Assembly (NCBI GenBank): GCA_963817955.1
Contig: CAWFQK010000005.1
Coordinates: forward strand, 32,001-96,000
Origin: an uncultured Gemmatimonadaceae bacterium
GTDB lineage: Bacteria > Gemmatimonadota > Gemmatimonadetes > Gemmatimonadales > Gemmatimonadaceae
Length of the DNA stretch: 64,000 bases
Direction of reading: 5' to 3'
In this document: positions 29,858-40,047 of the stretch, piece after piece
Layout: every line of letters begins with the position of its first letter
How positions within the stretch are numbered: the stretch's first letter is position 1
Program-made: the position numbers and the translations under genes
Notes under the pieces: generated by a model
Database searches by the model: none
Told to the model about the DNA's origin: nothing
Seen by the model: only the letters and a program-made list of their open reading frames with translations

Positions 29858-30342
29858 GTGGTTCGACCAGCGGCGACTGCCTCGATTCGGGAGATGCTCG
29901 TGAAGCGCTGTGCTCCGCGCGACACGTCGAAGCGGAATTCCCATTCGCCGGTTTGGGTGACCGGCAGTTGCACAGAATACGCAGCGGGTCTGCGATCGAG
30001 CGTGGCATGGACGATGGCCGACGCGCGTGCGTTGTAGAACGCGGAGACCCGTACCGTCGCGTCGCGAATCGGCGCTCCGACGGAATCGACGAGCACGACA
30101 TCGAGCCGGGCCCCGTTGTTCGATGACATGGCCCCGAGTCGCGGCTGCAGACGCCAGCCAAGCCGCTGGTTCTCACGCGCCTGAGCCATGGTGCTGTCCC
30201 AACCGATCGCCTTCTTGTAGTAATCCTGCTCGACGGAGAATGACGGATCGTCGCCGGCGATCACCGCCATGCAGACATCCACACCGACCGTCGTGGCGAG
30301 AATCGCCATGACCGCAATGGGCCATCCCGCTCCGCGCTTCAT
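29854..30342 (-). CDS. ccoH: FixH/CcoH family protein
   Basis: N-terminal TM, VEQDYYKKAI.WD, operon position. Confidence 0.75.
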   Translation of the reverse strand: MKRGAGWPIAVMAILATTVGVDVCMAVIAGDDPSFSVEQDYYKKAIGWDSTMAQARENQRLGWRLQPRLGAMSSNNGARLDVVLVDSVGAPIRDATVRVSAFYNARASAIVHATLDRRPAAYSVQLPVTQTGEWEFRFDVSRGAQRFTSISRIEAVAAGRTT

Positions 30343-31769
30343 CGATGTCCCTCCCGTGCGCGTCGTTCCGACTCGTCCTGCTGCTCCTTCTCGGGACCTA
30401 CCAGGCGATAGGGAATCGTCTCGTGATATCTGGCTTCGTCGGTCACGGTGAGCATCACATGGCGTTCGCCATCGTGAAACGCGGATTCCGGCACCAGAAT
30501 GAACAGGCTGGTCGTCTCGGTTGCGCCAGAGGCCACGGACAGCGGCAGCCCGGGTTCGATGACCTGGGCATCCTCCGCCCCGGTGACGGCGACGCGGTAC
30601 TGATGGTCGACGCGCGAGCGATTGGTGATCTTCACTCGCACTTGATTGGCGACGCGGCCGTCGGCTTCGATCACGTACGGCTCCCCCTGTCCGCGCAGCA
30701 CGGTGACGTCCGCCGGGGGCTCGGTATCGAGCGCATACACGAAACCGCCGAGACTCAGCGCGAGCGCCAATGGATAGAGCACGACGCGCGGGCGCAGCCG
30801 CCGAACGCGTTCACCCATCAATGCCGCCGTCGATGTGTAACGAATGAGTCCGCGAGGCTTGTCGATACGTGCCATGATGCCGTCGCACGCATCGGCGCAT
30901 TGGGCGCAATGGATGCACTCCATCTGCAACCCGTCACGAATGTCGATGCCAGTGGGACACGTGAGCGTACAGGCGCCGCAATCGATACAGTCTCCGGCAT
31001 CCGGGGGACGCACCTTCCCTTTCATGCGCGGCTCGCCGCGCGCACGATCGTAGGCGACAACGAGCGACTGCTTGTCGAGGAGCACTGATTGCCAGCGCCC
31101 GTACGGGCAGGCGACGATACACGTCTGTTCGCGAAAGAACGTGAAGTCGAATACGATCGCCGCCGTCACCAGCGCCATGATGGCGAACGACGTCGGATGC
31201 TGCACGGGGGAGCGGCGCACCCAGTCTGCGAGCTGGTCCACTCCCACGAAGTAGGCGAGGAACGTGTGTGCGAGGAACAGCGCGAGCACGAGGTAGACGC
31301 TGTACTTCGCGAGACGCCGCGGGTGCAGCTGGCCGCGCGCGTGCTCCTTGTCCAACTGTACCGAGCCACTCCGGCCTCCTTCCAGCCACCGCTCGAGCGG
31401 CCGAAAGAGGAACTCCATGTACACCGTCTGCGGGCACGCCCAGCCGCACCACACCCGGCCGAACAGCGCCGTGAGCAGGAAGATGGTGATCAACACGCTG
31501 GCAATGAGCAGCATGAGCAGCAACGTGTCGGTCGGCAGGAACGTGGCGCCAAAGAAGGTGAATTGGCGCTCTGGCAGATCGAGCAGGATGAGCGGCTTTC
31601 CTCTCATCCGCACATACGGGATGACAAAGAACACGAGCATCAATCCGTACGCTGTGATACGCCGGCGTCGAAAGTACTTCCCGTATGACGGCTTGGGCCG
31701 CAGCCAACGGCGCGACCCGTCTTCATTCAGAGTCGGCAGTACGCGGCCGACTACCGCCGGCGCGCTCAT
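30339..31769 (-). CDS. ccoG: Cytochrome c oxidase accessory protein CcoG
   Basis: GRVWCGWACPQT, CIVACPYG, DCIDCGAC...CPTGIDIRDGLQMECIHCAQCADAC. Confidence 0.95.
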   Translation of the reverse strand: MSAPAVVGRVLPTLNEDGSRRWLRPKPSYGKYFRRRRITAYGLMLVFFVIPYVRMRGKPLILLDLPERQFTFFGATFLPTDTLLLMLLIASVLITIFLLTALFGRVWCGWACPQTVYMEFLFRPLERWLEGGRSGSVQLDKEHARGQLHPRRLAKYSVYLVLALFLAHTFLAYFVGVDQLADWVRRSPVQHPTSFAIMALVTAAIVFDFTFFREQTCIVACPYGRWQSVLLDKQSLVVAYDRARGEPRMKGKVRPPDAGDCIDCGACTLTCPTGIDIRDGLQMECIHCAQCADACDGIMARIDKPRGLIRYTSTAALMGERVRRLRPRVVLYPLALALSLGGFVYALDTEPPADVTVLRGQGEPYVIEADGRVANQVRVKITNRSRVDHQYRVAVTGAEDAQVIEPGLPLSVASGATETTSLFILVPESAFHDGERHVMLTVTDEARYHETIPYRLVGPEKEQQDESERRAREGHR

Positions 31770-32335
31770 CGTGCCGTTACCAGCACTCCTTGGGGGGCTT
31801 TCGGATTCTTTGGCGTCGTGCCTTCGAGCGACTTCACATAGACGACGACGTCTTTGACCTGATCGGGCTTGATCAACTTGCCCCAATTCGGCATACCCTT
31901 CGCGAGGACCCCTTCGCTCACCGTCTTGTAGATCTCAGGCAACGAATTGCCGTGCAGCCAATACGCGTCAGTGAGATTGGGACCGATGATCCCGCCGCCG
32001 TCCGGGCCATGACAGGGGGTGCAGTTGGCGGCAAATACCGCCTTGCCGGAATCCAGAGCTTTTGGATCCCTGGCCAGCGCGGCGAGCGCCGCGGCACTGA
32101 CGGTTCCGCTGCCTTGCGGCCAGCGCTCTGCCGCGGCGGCAACCTGTCGCTCATACTCCTTGACGCGTCCAGGTCCGCGCAGCGTACGCGTGGGCTCGAA
32201 GGCGTAGAGCACGGCGAAGGCGATCGTGCCGTAGAATATCCATACCCACCAGCGCGGCAGCGGGTTGTCGTATTCCTGTATGCCATCATAAGCATGCTCG
32301 AGCAGACGATCCTGATCCGTTTCACCGTTCGACAT
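31766..32335 (-). CDS. ccoP: cbb3 oxidase subunit III (single heme)
   Basis: HAYDGIQEYDNPLPRWW, CTPCH, GPNLTD, KGMPNW. Confidence 0.92.
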   Translation of the reverse strand: MSNGETDQDRLLEHAYDGIQEYDNPLPRWWVWIFYGTIAFAVLYAFEPTRTLRGPGRVKEYERQVAAAAERWPQGSGTVSAAALAALARDPKALDSGKAVFAANCTPCHGPDGGGIIGPNLTDAYWLHGNSLPEIYKTVSEGVLAKGMPNWGKLIKPDQVKDVVVYVKSLEGTTPKNPKAPQGVLVTAR

Positions 32336-32549
32336 GCTTCGCTCCTCGCACGTCGTGCGTGGATGGAGGATTAGCGGCATTGCCGGATCCGTCCTCGAAT
32401 GGGAGCCGCGTCTGGTCAGCGAAGCTGCGTTTGCTCGACATCAGCAGACGTACGATCAGTGCGACGAACACGAGAAAGAAGATCACGAGCGCGATCTCGG
32501 CGTACACGGCAAGGCCAGACCCGCTCACCACATCGGAGATGGACTTCAT
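32322..32549 (-). CDS. ccoQ: cbb3 oxidase subunit CcoQ
   Basis: Small TM protein IALVIFFLVFV...RLPFED between ccoNO and ccoP. Confidence 0.8.
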   Translation of the reverse strand: MKSISDVVSGSGLAVYAEIALVIFFLVFVALIVRLLMSSKRSFADQTRLPFEDGSGNAANPPSTHDVRGAKHVER

Positions 32550-34807
32550 CACGGCGCCCCGGTTGTAGCGACCGACGTTGCCTTGATGTCCCGACCCAGC
32601 CGCTGCAGATACGCCGTGAGCGCCACGATTTCCTTGCGCTGCAGTCCCGCCGGCCCACCGTTCTGGGCAATGCCGTCGGCAACCTGCTTCGCCTGCGTTT
32701 CCGCCATCGCCTGCGCGGCGCCCGGCTTCACCGCGTCGCCGTACGGCACGCCCAGCATGGCCATCGCATCGACATGCCGCTGCATCACGTTGAAGTCGAG
32801 AGTGTTCGTCAACAGCTGCGGGAACGCTGGCATGATCGACTTCGCAGTGATGGACCGCGGATCCTGCATATGGCGCACGTGCCAGAGGTCGGGATATTTG
32901 CCACCCTCGCGCGCCAGATCGGGACCTATCCGACGCGAGCCCCACAGGAACGGATGGTCGTAGACGAATTCGCCCGGCTTGGAGTATTCACCGAAACGCT
33001 CCGTTTCGTGACGGAACGGGCGAATCATCTGCGAATGGCAGTTGAAGCACCCTTCGCGAACGTAGATGTCGCGTCCCGCCAGTTCGAGCGGCGTGTAGGG
33101 CTTCACCGACGCGATCGTCGGCACGTTCGAGCGAATGAGGAATGTGGGAATGATCTCAAACAGCGACGCGACGCCCACGGCGATGACGGTCGCACCGCTG
33201 AACAGTATCCACCGCCGCTCCCACGTGCGGTGCCAGCCGAGCGCAACGAAACGAGCCCACGCACCAACGGGCGGCGACTGACCAGCGGGCTCCCGGTATT
33301 CCTTCTCGAGCCGTGGCGCTTGAATGACCGGCACGTCGTACTGCGCGGGCCGCGTCCGCCATGTCATGAGGATATTCCAACCGAGGATCAACATGCCGAT
33401 GATGTACAGTCCGCCACCGGCCGCGCGCATCCAATACATGGGAACGAGCTTGACCACCGTCTCGATGAAGTCGGGGTAGGCGAGACGGCCCGTCGAATCA
33501 AAGGCGCGCCACATGAGGCCCTGTGTCACGCCAGCGCTGTAGATCGCCACCACATAGAGCAGAATGCCGAAGCTCGCCACCCAGAAGTGAAGCTCCGCGG
33601 CCTTCTTGCTGTACAGCTTTGTCTGGAAGATGCGCGGCAACAGCCAATAGATCATGCCGAACGTGAGAAAACCGTTCCACCCCAGCGTGCCGGTGTGTAC
33701 GTGTGCGATCACCCAGTCGGTGTAATGGGCCAGCGCGTTGACGCTCTTCACGGAGAGCATTGGTCCTTCGAAGGTCGCCATTCCGTACGCGGTGATGGCA
33801 ACCACGAAGAACTTGAGCACTGGTTCTTCCACCACCTTGTGCCAGGCGCCACGCAGGGTGAGCAGGCCGTTGATCATGCCGCCCCACGACGGCATCCAGA
33901 GCATCACACTGAACAGCATACCGAGTGTCGACGCCCACTCCGGCAACGCCGTGTAATGCAGATGGTGCGGCCCCGCCCAGATGTACATGAAGACGAGGGA
34001 CCAGAAATGCAGGATGGACAACTTGTACGAATAGACCGGTCGCTCGGCCGCCTTCGGCATGAAGTAGTACATCAGGCCGAGGAAGGGCGTGGTGAGGACG
34101 AACGCCACGGCGTTGTGCCCGTACCACCACTGCATGAATGCGTCTTGCACGCCCGCATACAGGGAGTAGCTCTTCAGGGGGCCAGCGGGAAGCGCGAGAT
34201 TGTTGAAGATGTGCAGCACGGCGACGGTGACGACGCTGGCGATGTAGAACCAGATCGCAACGTAGAGGTGCCGCTCGCGACGCTTGGCAATAGTGCCGAA
34301 CAGGTTGACGGCGAAAGCCACCCACACCACCGCGATCGCAATGTCGATGGGCCATTCCAGTTCTGCGTACTCCTTTGCCTGCGTGAATCCGAGCGGCAGG
34401 GTAATCGCCGCGGCAACGATGATTGCCTGCCAACCCCAGAAGTGAAACGCGCTGACTCTGTCGGAGAACATCCGCGCCTTGCACAAGCGCTGCAACGAGT
34501 AGTAACAGCCTGTGAAGAAGGCATTGCCCGCGAAGGCGAAGATGACCGCGTTCGTGTGCAGCGGCCGCAGACGCCCGAACGACAGCCACGGCGTGACGTT
34601 CAGTGACGGGAGAACAAGCTCCGTCGCGATGAACAGACCGACGAGCATGCCCACCAGACCCCAGACAAAGGTGGCGAGCATGAACTTTCGGACGATCGCG
34701 TCGTCGTACGAGAACGAATCGAGGAGGGGATTCTGCGAGGCGGTCGGCGCGTACCCGGTCCGCCCGGCGTGACCCACGGCTGGTGATGCACCCTCATGAG
34801 GTGTCAT
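32549..34807 (-). CDS. ccoN: cbb3 oxidase fused subunits I/II
   Basis: RLRPLHTNAVIFAF, QWWYGHNAV, WAGPHHLHY; C-terminal CcoO YTPLELAGRDIYVREGCFNCHSQ, GPDLAR. Confidence 0.96.
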   Translation of the reverse strand: MTPHEGASPAVGHAGRTGYAPTASQNPLLDSFSYDDAIVRKFMLATFVWGLVGMLVGLFIATELVLPSLNVTPWLSFGRLRPLHTNAVIFAFAGNAFFTGCYYSLQRLCKARMFSDRVSAFHFWGWQAIIVAAAITLPLGFTQAKEYAELEWPIDIAIAVVWVAFAVNLFGTIAKRRERHLYVAIWFYIASVVTVAVLHIFNNLALPAGPLKSYSLYAGVQDAFMQWWYGHNAVAFVLTTPFLGLMYYFMPKAAERPVYSYKLSILHFWSLVFMYIWAGPHHLHYTALPEWASTLGMLFSVMLWMPSWGGMINGLLTLRGAWHKVVEEPVLKFFVVAITAYGMATFEGPMLSVKSVNALAHYTDWVIAHVHTGTLGWNGFLTFGMIYWLLPRIFQTKLYSKKAAELHFWVASFGILLYVVAIYSAGVTQGLMWRAFDSTGRLAYPDFIETVVKLVPMYWMRAAGGGLYIIGMLILGWNILMTWRTRPAQYDVPVIQAPRLEKEYREPAGQSPPVGAWARFVALGWHRTWERRWILFSGATVIAVGVASLFEIIPTFLIRSNVPTIASVKPYTPLELAGRDIYVREGCFNCHSQMIRPFRHETERFGEYSKPGEFVYDHPFLWGSRRIGPDLAREGGKYPDLWHVRHMQDPRSITAKSIMPAFPQLLTNTLDFNVMQRHVDAMAMLGVPYGDAVKPGAAQAMAETQAKQVADGIAQNGGPAGLQRKEIVALTAYLQRLGRDIKATSVATTGAP

Positions 34808-34910
34808 CCCACGAACATTGTTGGCGTGACCCCGGGGTAGTGTCCGGCGACGCTCGCATCACTGAAGGAGCTTTCCTGACAACCGGTAAGTCAGCGGCTT
34901 GGTCGATCTC

Positions 34911-37541
34911 CTACAATCGTCTCCCCCTCACGATTCCCTCTACGCGGCGGCTCGGATCGAAGAACTTTTCCGCGGCGCGCACCATGGACTCGGCGGTCAC
35001 GGCAAGCACGCGCGAATCGTACTCCGACAATTCGCGGAGCGTCCCGAACAGATACGCGTCCACCATGTCTCCGAGCACCGCGCCACCGCTTTGCTGGCGA
35101 ATCGCATGTACACCAACGGCATAGCGCTGTGCGCGCTCGAGCTCTTCGGGCGAGACCAACTCCTCCCGGAACCGGCGGAACTCCGCGAGCAGACCGTCTC
35201 GCGCAGCGTCCTCTTGCTCCGGCGACGTGGCGATGTATGCGCCGAAGGTGCCGGCAACCTGGCGATCGGCGATGAAGGCGTTCACCGTGTAGCAGAGCGA
35301 TCGCTTATCGCGAAGCTCATCAAAGAACCTGCCGCCGAGGCCGCTGGCGACACTCGCGATCATGGCGGCCGAGAACCGATCGTCATCGTTCCGCGCGGGC
35401 CCCTGAAACAGCAGCGCCAGAGCCGACTGCGCGCGATCCCGGGTCTCGACGCACGTCGTCAGGGTGTGCGGCCAGTCCGGTACCGGAATGGTCCGCGGCT
35501 CCACGTGCCGCAACTCGCTGAACGCGCGCGCGGCCAGATGCGCGAATTCATCGGGATCGCCGTCACCGACAATCGCGATCACCGACGCGGCGGTCATGGC
35601 ACGCTCGGCGTGCCAGGCGCGCACGTCACGGACGCTGATCCGGGCGAGCGTCTGCTCGGTGCCACTGGCGGGAGTGCCGTATGGATGTCCGGCAAACGCC
35701 GCCTGTGTCGCCAAGCGCAGGGGGTACCGGTACATGTCGTCGCGCACGGCGATGACGTCAGCCAGCGCGATCGCCCGCTCCGTGTCGAGCGCCGCCTCGT
35801 CGAACGTCGAACGCTGCACAACATCCGCGAGCAGTTCGATGGCTCCGGCTGCATAGCGTCCCGGTACCGAGATCGACCAGCCAAAACTCTCCGATCCTGC
35901 CGCTCCACCGACGCTGCCACCGAGCATCTCCCCTTCCTCGGCAATCTGCAACGCACTGCGCGTCGTGGTACCCTTGACCGCCGTTCGCATGAGCAGCGTC
36001 GTCAGACCGGCGCGCTCGGGCGACTCCTCGGCCGCGCCGCCCATCATGAACACGCCCGCATGCACCAGCGGAGCATTCGGCTTGATGCGCACGAGAATCG
36101 GGACGCCATGCGCAGTGCGGTACACACGGACACCAGCGTCTTCGCCTTCGAACGTGGGCGTTGGAGCGACCGGTAAGACGTGCGCCTCGTACGGCGCGGC
36201 CGCCGGGAGTGGCTCCGGACACGGCTCGTGATCGAGCAGAACGCGCATCGTGTCGGCATCGGCCGCAACCGGCGCGCTCTCGATCGGCCGATAGATGACG
36301 ACCCCCGTGTTGTCGGGATCGAGATAGCGTCTTGCGGCCGTGACGATGTCGTCGCGCGTCGTCGTCAGCAACCGCTCGAGATAGCGGTCGCCCATACGCC
36401 AATCTCCCAGTGCTTCCCATTCTGCCAGATAGTTCGCCTGCCCTTCCATGTCTTCGAGCCGTCGCACGAACTGCGATTCGTAGACTCGCTTCGCACGCTC
36501 CACTTCGAGCTCGCCGATATCTCCGTTCCGCACGGCTCGAAGCTGATCCCAGATCGCGCGCGACGCGTCGGCCGTGGATGTCGCCGTCGTCTCGGCATGG
36601 ACGACGAACACGCCGATTTCGGTGGGCGTGTAGTTGTACGCCGATACCGACGATGCAAGTCGCCGCTCGCGTACCGCGCGATACAGGCGCGACGCGCGGC
36701 CGCTGCCAAGCACGGCGCCAAGCAGGTCGAGCGCCGGCGTGTCTGGATGGGTCGTGCCGGGCGTACGCCACCCAAAGGCGAGCTGCGCCTGTCCGATGTC
36801 ACCAGTCCACTCGCGGTAGCGGAAGCCAGACACTCCCTCCTCTGTAAGGCCGGGATGCCGGGAGGGTTCGCCGGCTGGCAACACGCCGTACTTCTGCTGC
36901 ACTTCGGCGAGCACGGCGTCCGTATCGAAGTCCCCGACGATGGACAGCACCGTGTTGCCGGGGTGATAGAAGTTCCGGTAGAAGGCCATGAGCGCATCGC
37001 GCGTCAGCGCGCGCAATCCAGACTCACGTCCGATACGCCACCGACGAATGCGGTGCCGGTCATGCAGCAGCTCGTACAATGTTTCCGTGGCAACCGCCGT
37101 CGGGTTATCCGCCTTCCGCTTGGCTTCCTGAATGATGACTTCGAGCTCGCGCGCCAGTTCGTCCGTGTCGATGAGCGAGCGGGCGTATGCGTCGGCTTGT
37201 ACGTCGAGTCCTTGAACCAGCCCGGACGACGGGAGAACCGTGTAGTAGCTCGTGTGATCGTAGATCGTGGCGGCATTGAGATAGCCGCCGACCGCCTTCG
37301 TCTGCTTCGCGATCTCGCCGACGCCGCGCGAGGGCGTACCCTTGAAATACATATGTTCCAGCACATGCGCGATGCCGATCACCTCGTCGGTCTCGTCGAA
37401 GTACCCGGCGTTCACGTACGTGACGATCGCGACGACGGGCGCTGACGCATCGCGGCGGATCAGGACGGTGAGTCCGTTCGCCAAACGGGTACGAATCACC
37501 GACGACGGATCGATGATGGAGAGCGGAGACGTTGCGGTCAC
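34911..37541 (-). CDS. M16 family (pitrilysin-like) zinc peptidase
   Basis: LANGL, GIAHVLEHMYFKGT (HxxEH), duplicated M16 domains. Confidence 0.93.
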   Translation of the reverse strand: MTATSPLSIIDPSSVIRTRLANGLTVLIRRDASAPVVAIVTYVNAGYFDETDEVIGIAHVLEHMYFKGTPSRGVGEIAKQTKAVGGYLNAATIYDHTSYYTVLPSSGLVQGLDVQADAYARSLIDTDELARELEVIIQEAKRKADNPTAVATETLYELLHDRHRIRRWRIGRESGLRALTRDALMAFYRNFYHPGNTVLSIVGDFDTDAVLAEVQQKYGVLPAGEPSRHPGLTEEGVSGFRYREWTGDIGQAQLAFGWRTPGTTHPDTPALDLLGAVLGSGRASRLYRAVRERRLASSVSAYNYTPTEIGVFVVHAETTATSTADASRAIWDQLRAVRNGDIGELEVERAKRVYESQFVRRLEDMEGQANYLAEWEALGDWRMGDRYLERLLTTTRDDIVTAARRYLDPDNTGVVIYRPIESAPVAADADTMRVLLDHEPCPEPLPAAAPYEAHVLPVAPTPTFEGEDAGVRVYRTAHGVPILVRIKPNAPLVHAGVFMMGGAAEESPERAGLTTLLMRTAVKGTTTRSALQIAEEGEMLGGSVGGAAGSESFGWSISVPGRYAAGAIELLADVVQRSTFDEAALDTERAIALADVIAVRDDMYRYPLRLATQAAFAGHPYGTPASGTEQTLARISVRDVRAWHAERAMTAASVIAIVGDGDPDEFAHLAARAFSELRHVEPRTIPVPDWPHTLTTCVETRDRAQSALALLFQGPARNDDDRFSAAMIASVASGLGGRFFDELRDKRSLCYTVNAFIADRQVAGTFGAYIATSPEQEDAARDGLLAEFRRFREELVSPEELERAQRYAVGVHAIRQQSGGAVLGDMVDAYLFGTLRELSEYDSRVLAVTAESMVRAAEKFFDPSRRVEGIVRGRRL

Positions 37542-37647
37542 GTTTGTAAAGTCGAAAGAAAAGACGAAAATGCGACGAACGGCGGATCACCGGCGCGAAC
37601 ATGCGCGAGATCCGCCGCCAGGCGCGGGCGTATAACAGTATATCGGG

Positions 37648-38676
37648 TCAGGGCGGCGGCAGGGCTCTCGTGCCCAATGCGGCCGGGTTCGGGTTCGCAG
37701 GTACGGCCGGCGTGCAATTGCTCCACGGCCCCTGCCCCGCGCGACTCAAGAAGTTCGTCGCCTCCTGTACGCGATTCAGCCGCATCAGCGTACAGCCGAG
37801 GTAGCCCTGCGCCGTCTTGTCGGTTGGATCTGCCTGCACCGCGCGCACGTAGAAGCGGCGAGCGAGCTCGTAGTTCCGCTGCGCGAGGAGATTGGCGCCC
37901 ATCTCGCGCAATGCCGTGGCGCTGTTCGGATCCGCCTGCAGAGCGAGCTGCAATTCCTGAGACGCAAGCGAGAAATTGCCCACTTCGCGCGCCATGCGCG
38001 CGAGGTAGATGTGCGGCAGGGACGCATGCGGGTCGTCGCGCACCGCTTTGTTGAACGCGCTTACTGCCGCCTCTCGCTGGCCACGGCGATAGGCGTCGAT
38101 GCCTTGCTGCAGCGCCGCGTTTTCATCTCCGCCAGAAAATGCGTAGTACGCGCCGACGGCGACCGCCGCGATGACGACGACACCGAGCACGAGCGCCCAC
38201 AACGGGAACCGCCGTGGACGCGGCGGCGGTGCGACTTCTGCGGGTTCGGCCGCGGCAGCAGCGGCGAGAGGTGCCGAGGCGGCACGATCCTGCATCGGCA
38301 CACGGGGCAGCTCGATGCCAAGATCGCCCATGCTCGCCGTGTCGAGCTTGAGATATGCGGCACGCGCGGCGTTGATGTCGGCATCAGTCGGACGATAGGC
38401 CGTGTCCTGGACGCGGTCGTGCACCGCCTGAAACTCCGCCAGCGCGTTCGCCTGATCGAAATTGATCAGCTGGCGTTGGCGTGCTTCACGGATCAGAGCC
38501 TGGCCGGTGAGCACGGAACTGCCGACGAGCGCGCGAAGCGCGGCTTCTATCGCGCTCCATGTTTCGATCAGGTCGGCGGCAAGATCTTCGCTGCCGCGTC
38601 CGATATCGAGGCGCGCGATGGCCGGGCGCGCTGCATCGAGTGCAGCGCGCGCGCCCCTCTGTGCTGGCGTACTCAA
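37648..38676 (-). CDS. Membrane-anchored TPR protein
   Basis: Central TM segment, C-terminal TPR-like repeats. Confidence 0.8.
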   Translation of the reverse strand: MSTPAQRGARAALDAARPAIARLDIGRGSEDLAADLIETWSAIEAALRALVGSSVLTGQALIREARQRQLINFDQANALAEFQAVHDRVQDTAYRPTDADINAARAAYLKLDTASMGDLGIELPRVPMQDRAASAPLAAAAAAEPAEVAPPPRPRRFPLWALVLGVVVIAAVAVGAYYAFSGGDENAALQQGIDAYRRGQREAAVSAFNKAVRDDPHASLPHIYLARMAREVGNFSLASQELQLALQADPNSATALREMGANLLAQRNYELARRFYVRAVQADPTDKTAQGYLGCTLMRLNRVQEATNFLSRAGQGPWSNCTPAVPANPNPAALGTRALPPP

Positions 38677-39809
38677 CGAACGATCCGGAGCAGCCCCGCT
38701 ACAGCGCTACCGCGGATGAAGCTTTCCGCGTCGTTGATTGGGATGCGAACTCCCGTTTGCCGGAAACCATCACGCGACATTCCGGTCATGAACTCGTACA
38801 TGGTATGGCCGGGATTTCCCTTCTGATCACGGATATGGCGCACGATCTCCTCCCAGGACCCGTCAAACGGCGTCCCGTCGTTCACGATGATCTGATGCTC
38901 CGGAAGCTCCTTGGTCTCGACGAGCGAGTTGAGGAGCGTGCCAAAGAGCTCGAGCTGGCCCCGAGCCGTCTCAGCCGCCGGTGCAGTATCCGCGCCTGAC
39001 TGCGGATCCAGTTCCATGAGCATCGTATCGATATCGTCGACATCGCTGGCAAGCTCGGCAAGACGATCGTCCCAGGGCTTCAACTCCGGGTCATTCTCCT
39101 CGAGGTGGTAGAGCGACCGCTTGAGCTCGATCAGCCGCCAGATGCCGAGCTCATCCCAGTGATCATCCGGATTGGTACGCTCGAAATGGTACAATGCGGC
39201 TTCGTACTCAGTCTGATCGTACAGAATGTTTGCGAGATAGATGCGCCCTTCTGCATGGTCATTGTCGAGCTGCAGCGACCGGCGCAGCGAACCGATCGCC
39301 GCGTCGTCCTCGCCGAGCCGATGCTGCGTGTACCCGACACACGCAATGGCCTCAGCCGAGTCCGGCACCTGGCGCACGGCGGTCTCGAAGAACTCCTTTG
39401 CCGCCTCGAAGTATTCGGGCTTGTCGCGAAGCGAGGCTTCACGGAAGAGCGAACGCCCGACCTGCAACATGAGGTCGACATCGTCCGCGTAGCCAAGTTC
39501 CAGCGTGCGACGAAAGCAGCGCATGGCCGCGTCGTCCTGACCGAGCTTGAGAAGTGTCTCACCGAGACCGGCGAGACCGTCTTCATGCTCTGGTTCGAGA
39601 ACGAGCGCCTGCTCAAAGCTAGTGCGCGCCCAGCCATATTCTTCGCACGCCAGCTGGGCGTACCCTACCCCGACATACAACTCTACCGAGCTCGGATAGA
39701 GCGCGAGTCCTTCCCGGAGAACCGAGAGCGCATCGTCATACTGCCCTTCGTTGTAGAGCTGATGAGCGCGTTCATCGTACTCCTCAGAACTCAGGAACGG
39801 GTTGGCCAT
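38673..39809 (-). CDS. TPR protein
   Basis: Repeated helical A..F..AL...P motifs. Confidence 0.82.
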   Translation of the reverse strand: MANPFLSSEEYDERAHQLYNEGQYDDALSVLREGLALYPSSVELYVGVGYAQLACEEYGWARTSFEQALVLEPEHEDGLAGLGETLLKLGQDDAAMRCFRRTLELGYADDVDLMLQVGRSLFREASLRDKPEYFEAAKEFFETAVRQVPDSAEAIACVGYTQHRLGEDDAAIGSLRRSLQLDNDHAEGRIYLANILYDQTEYEAALYHFERTNPDDHWDELGIWRLIELKRSLYHLEENDPELKPWDDRLAELASDVDDIDTMLMELDPQSGADTAPAAETARGQLELFGTLLNSLVETKELPEHQIIVNDGTPFDGSWEEIVRHIRDQKGNPGHTMYEFMTGMSRDGFRQTGVRIPINDAESFIRGSAVAGLLRIVR

Positions 39810-39904
39810 CTTCAGCAAGCCTCCAGCTCATGAGGGTACTGCTATAGTACCATCACTGCACAAGGAAGTTCAATGGCGCGTATGTTTGGCGCGCCCTCTT
39901 TTTT

Positions 39905-40032
39905 GAGTGGCGAACGGGTGGTCGGTGGAGCGTCGGACAGAGACTCGATTACGACGGGAGTCGGAATGTTATGCCTATTGCCGACGCACATCAGTCAGTC
40001 GTCCACCGCTCCACCGGCCCACCCGTTCACTC
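39905..40032. repeat. Long imperfect palindrome
   Basis: GAGTGGCGAACGGGTGGTCGGTGGAGCG pairs with CGCTCCACCGGCCCACCCGTTCACTC; inner stems GGAC/GTCC and GTCGG/CCGAC. Confidence 0.7.
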
Positions 40033-40047
40033 ATAGTATCGCGCCAC

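Noticed and set aside
32399..34606. 735-aa plus-strand ORF
   Set aside because: Antisense shadow of ccoNO, typical of high-GC codon bias, no motifs
32549..34807. ccoN-ccoO fusion as a novelty
   Set aside because: Fused CcoNO is already known in several phyla
39905..40032. SRP RNA or 6S RNA call
   Set aside because: No SRP conserved loop motif and too short for typical 6S; kept only as an unassigned hairpin
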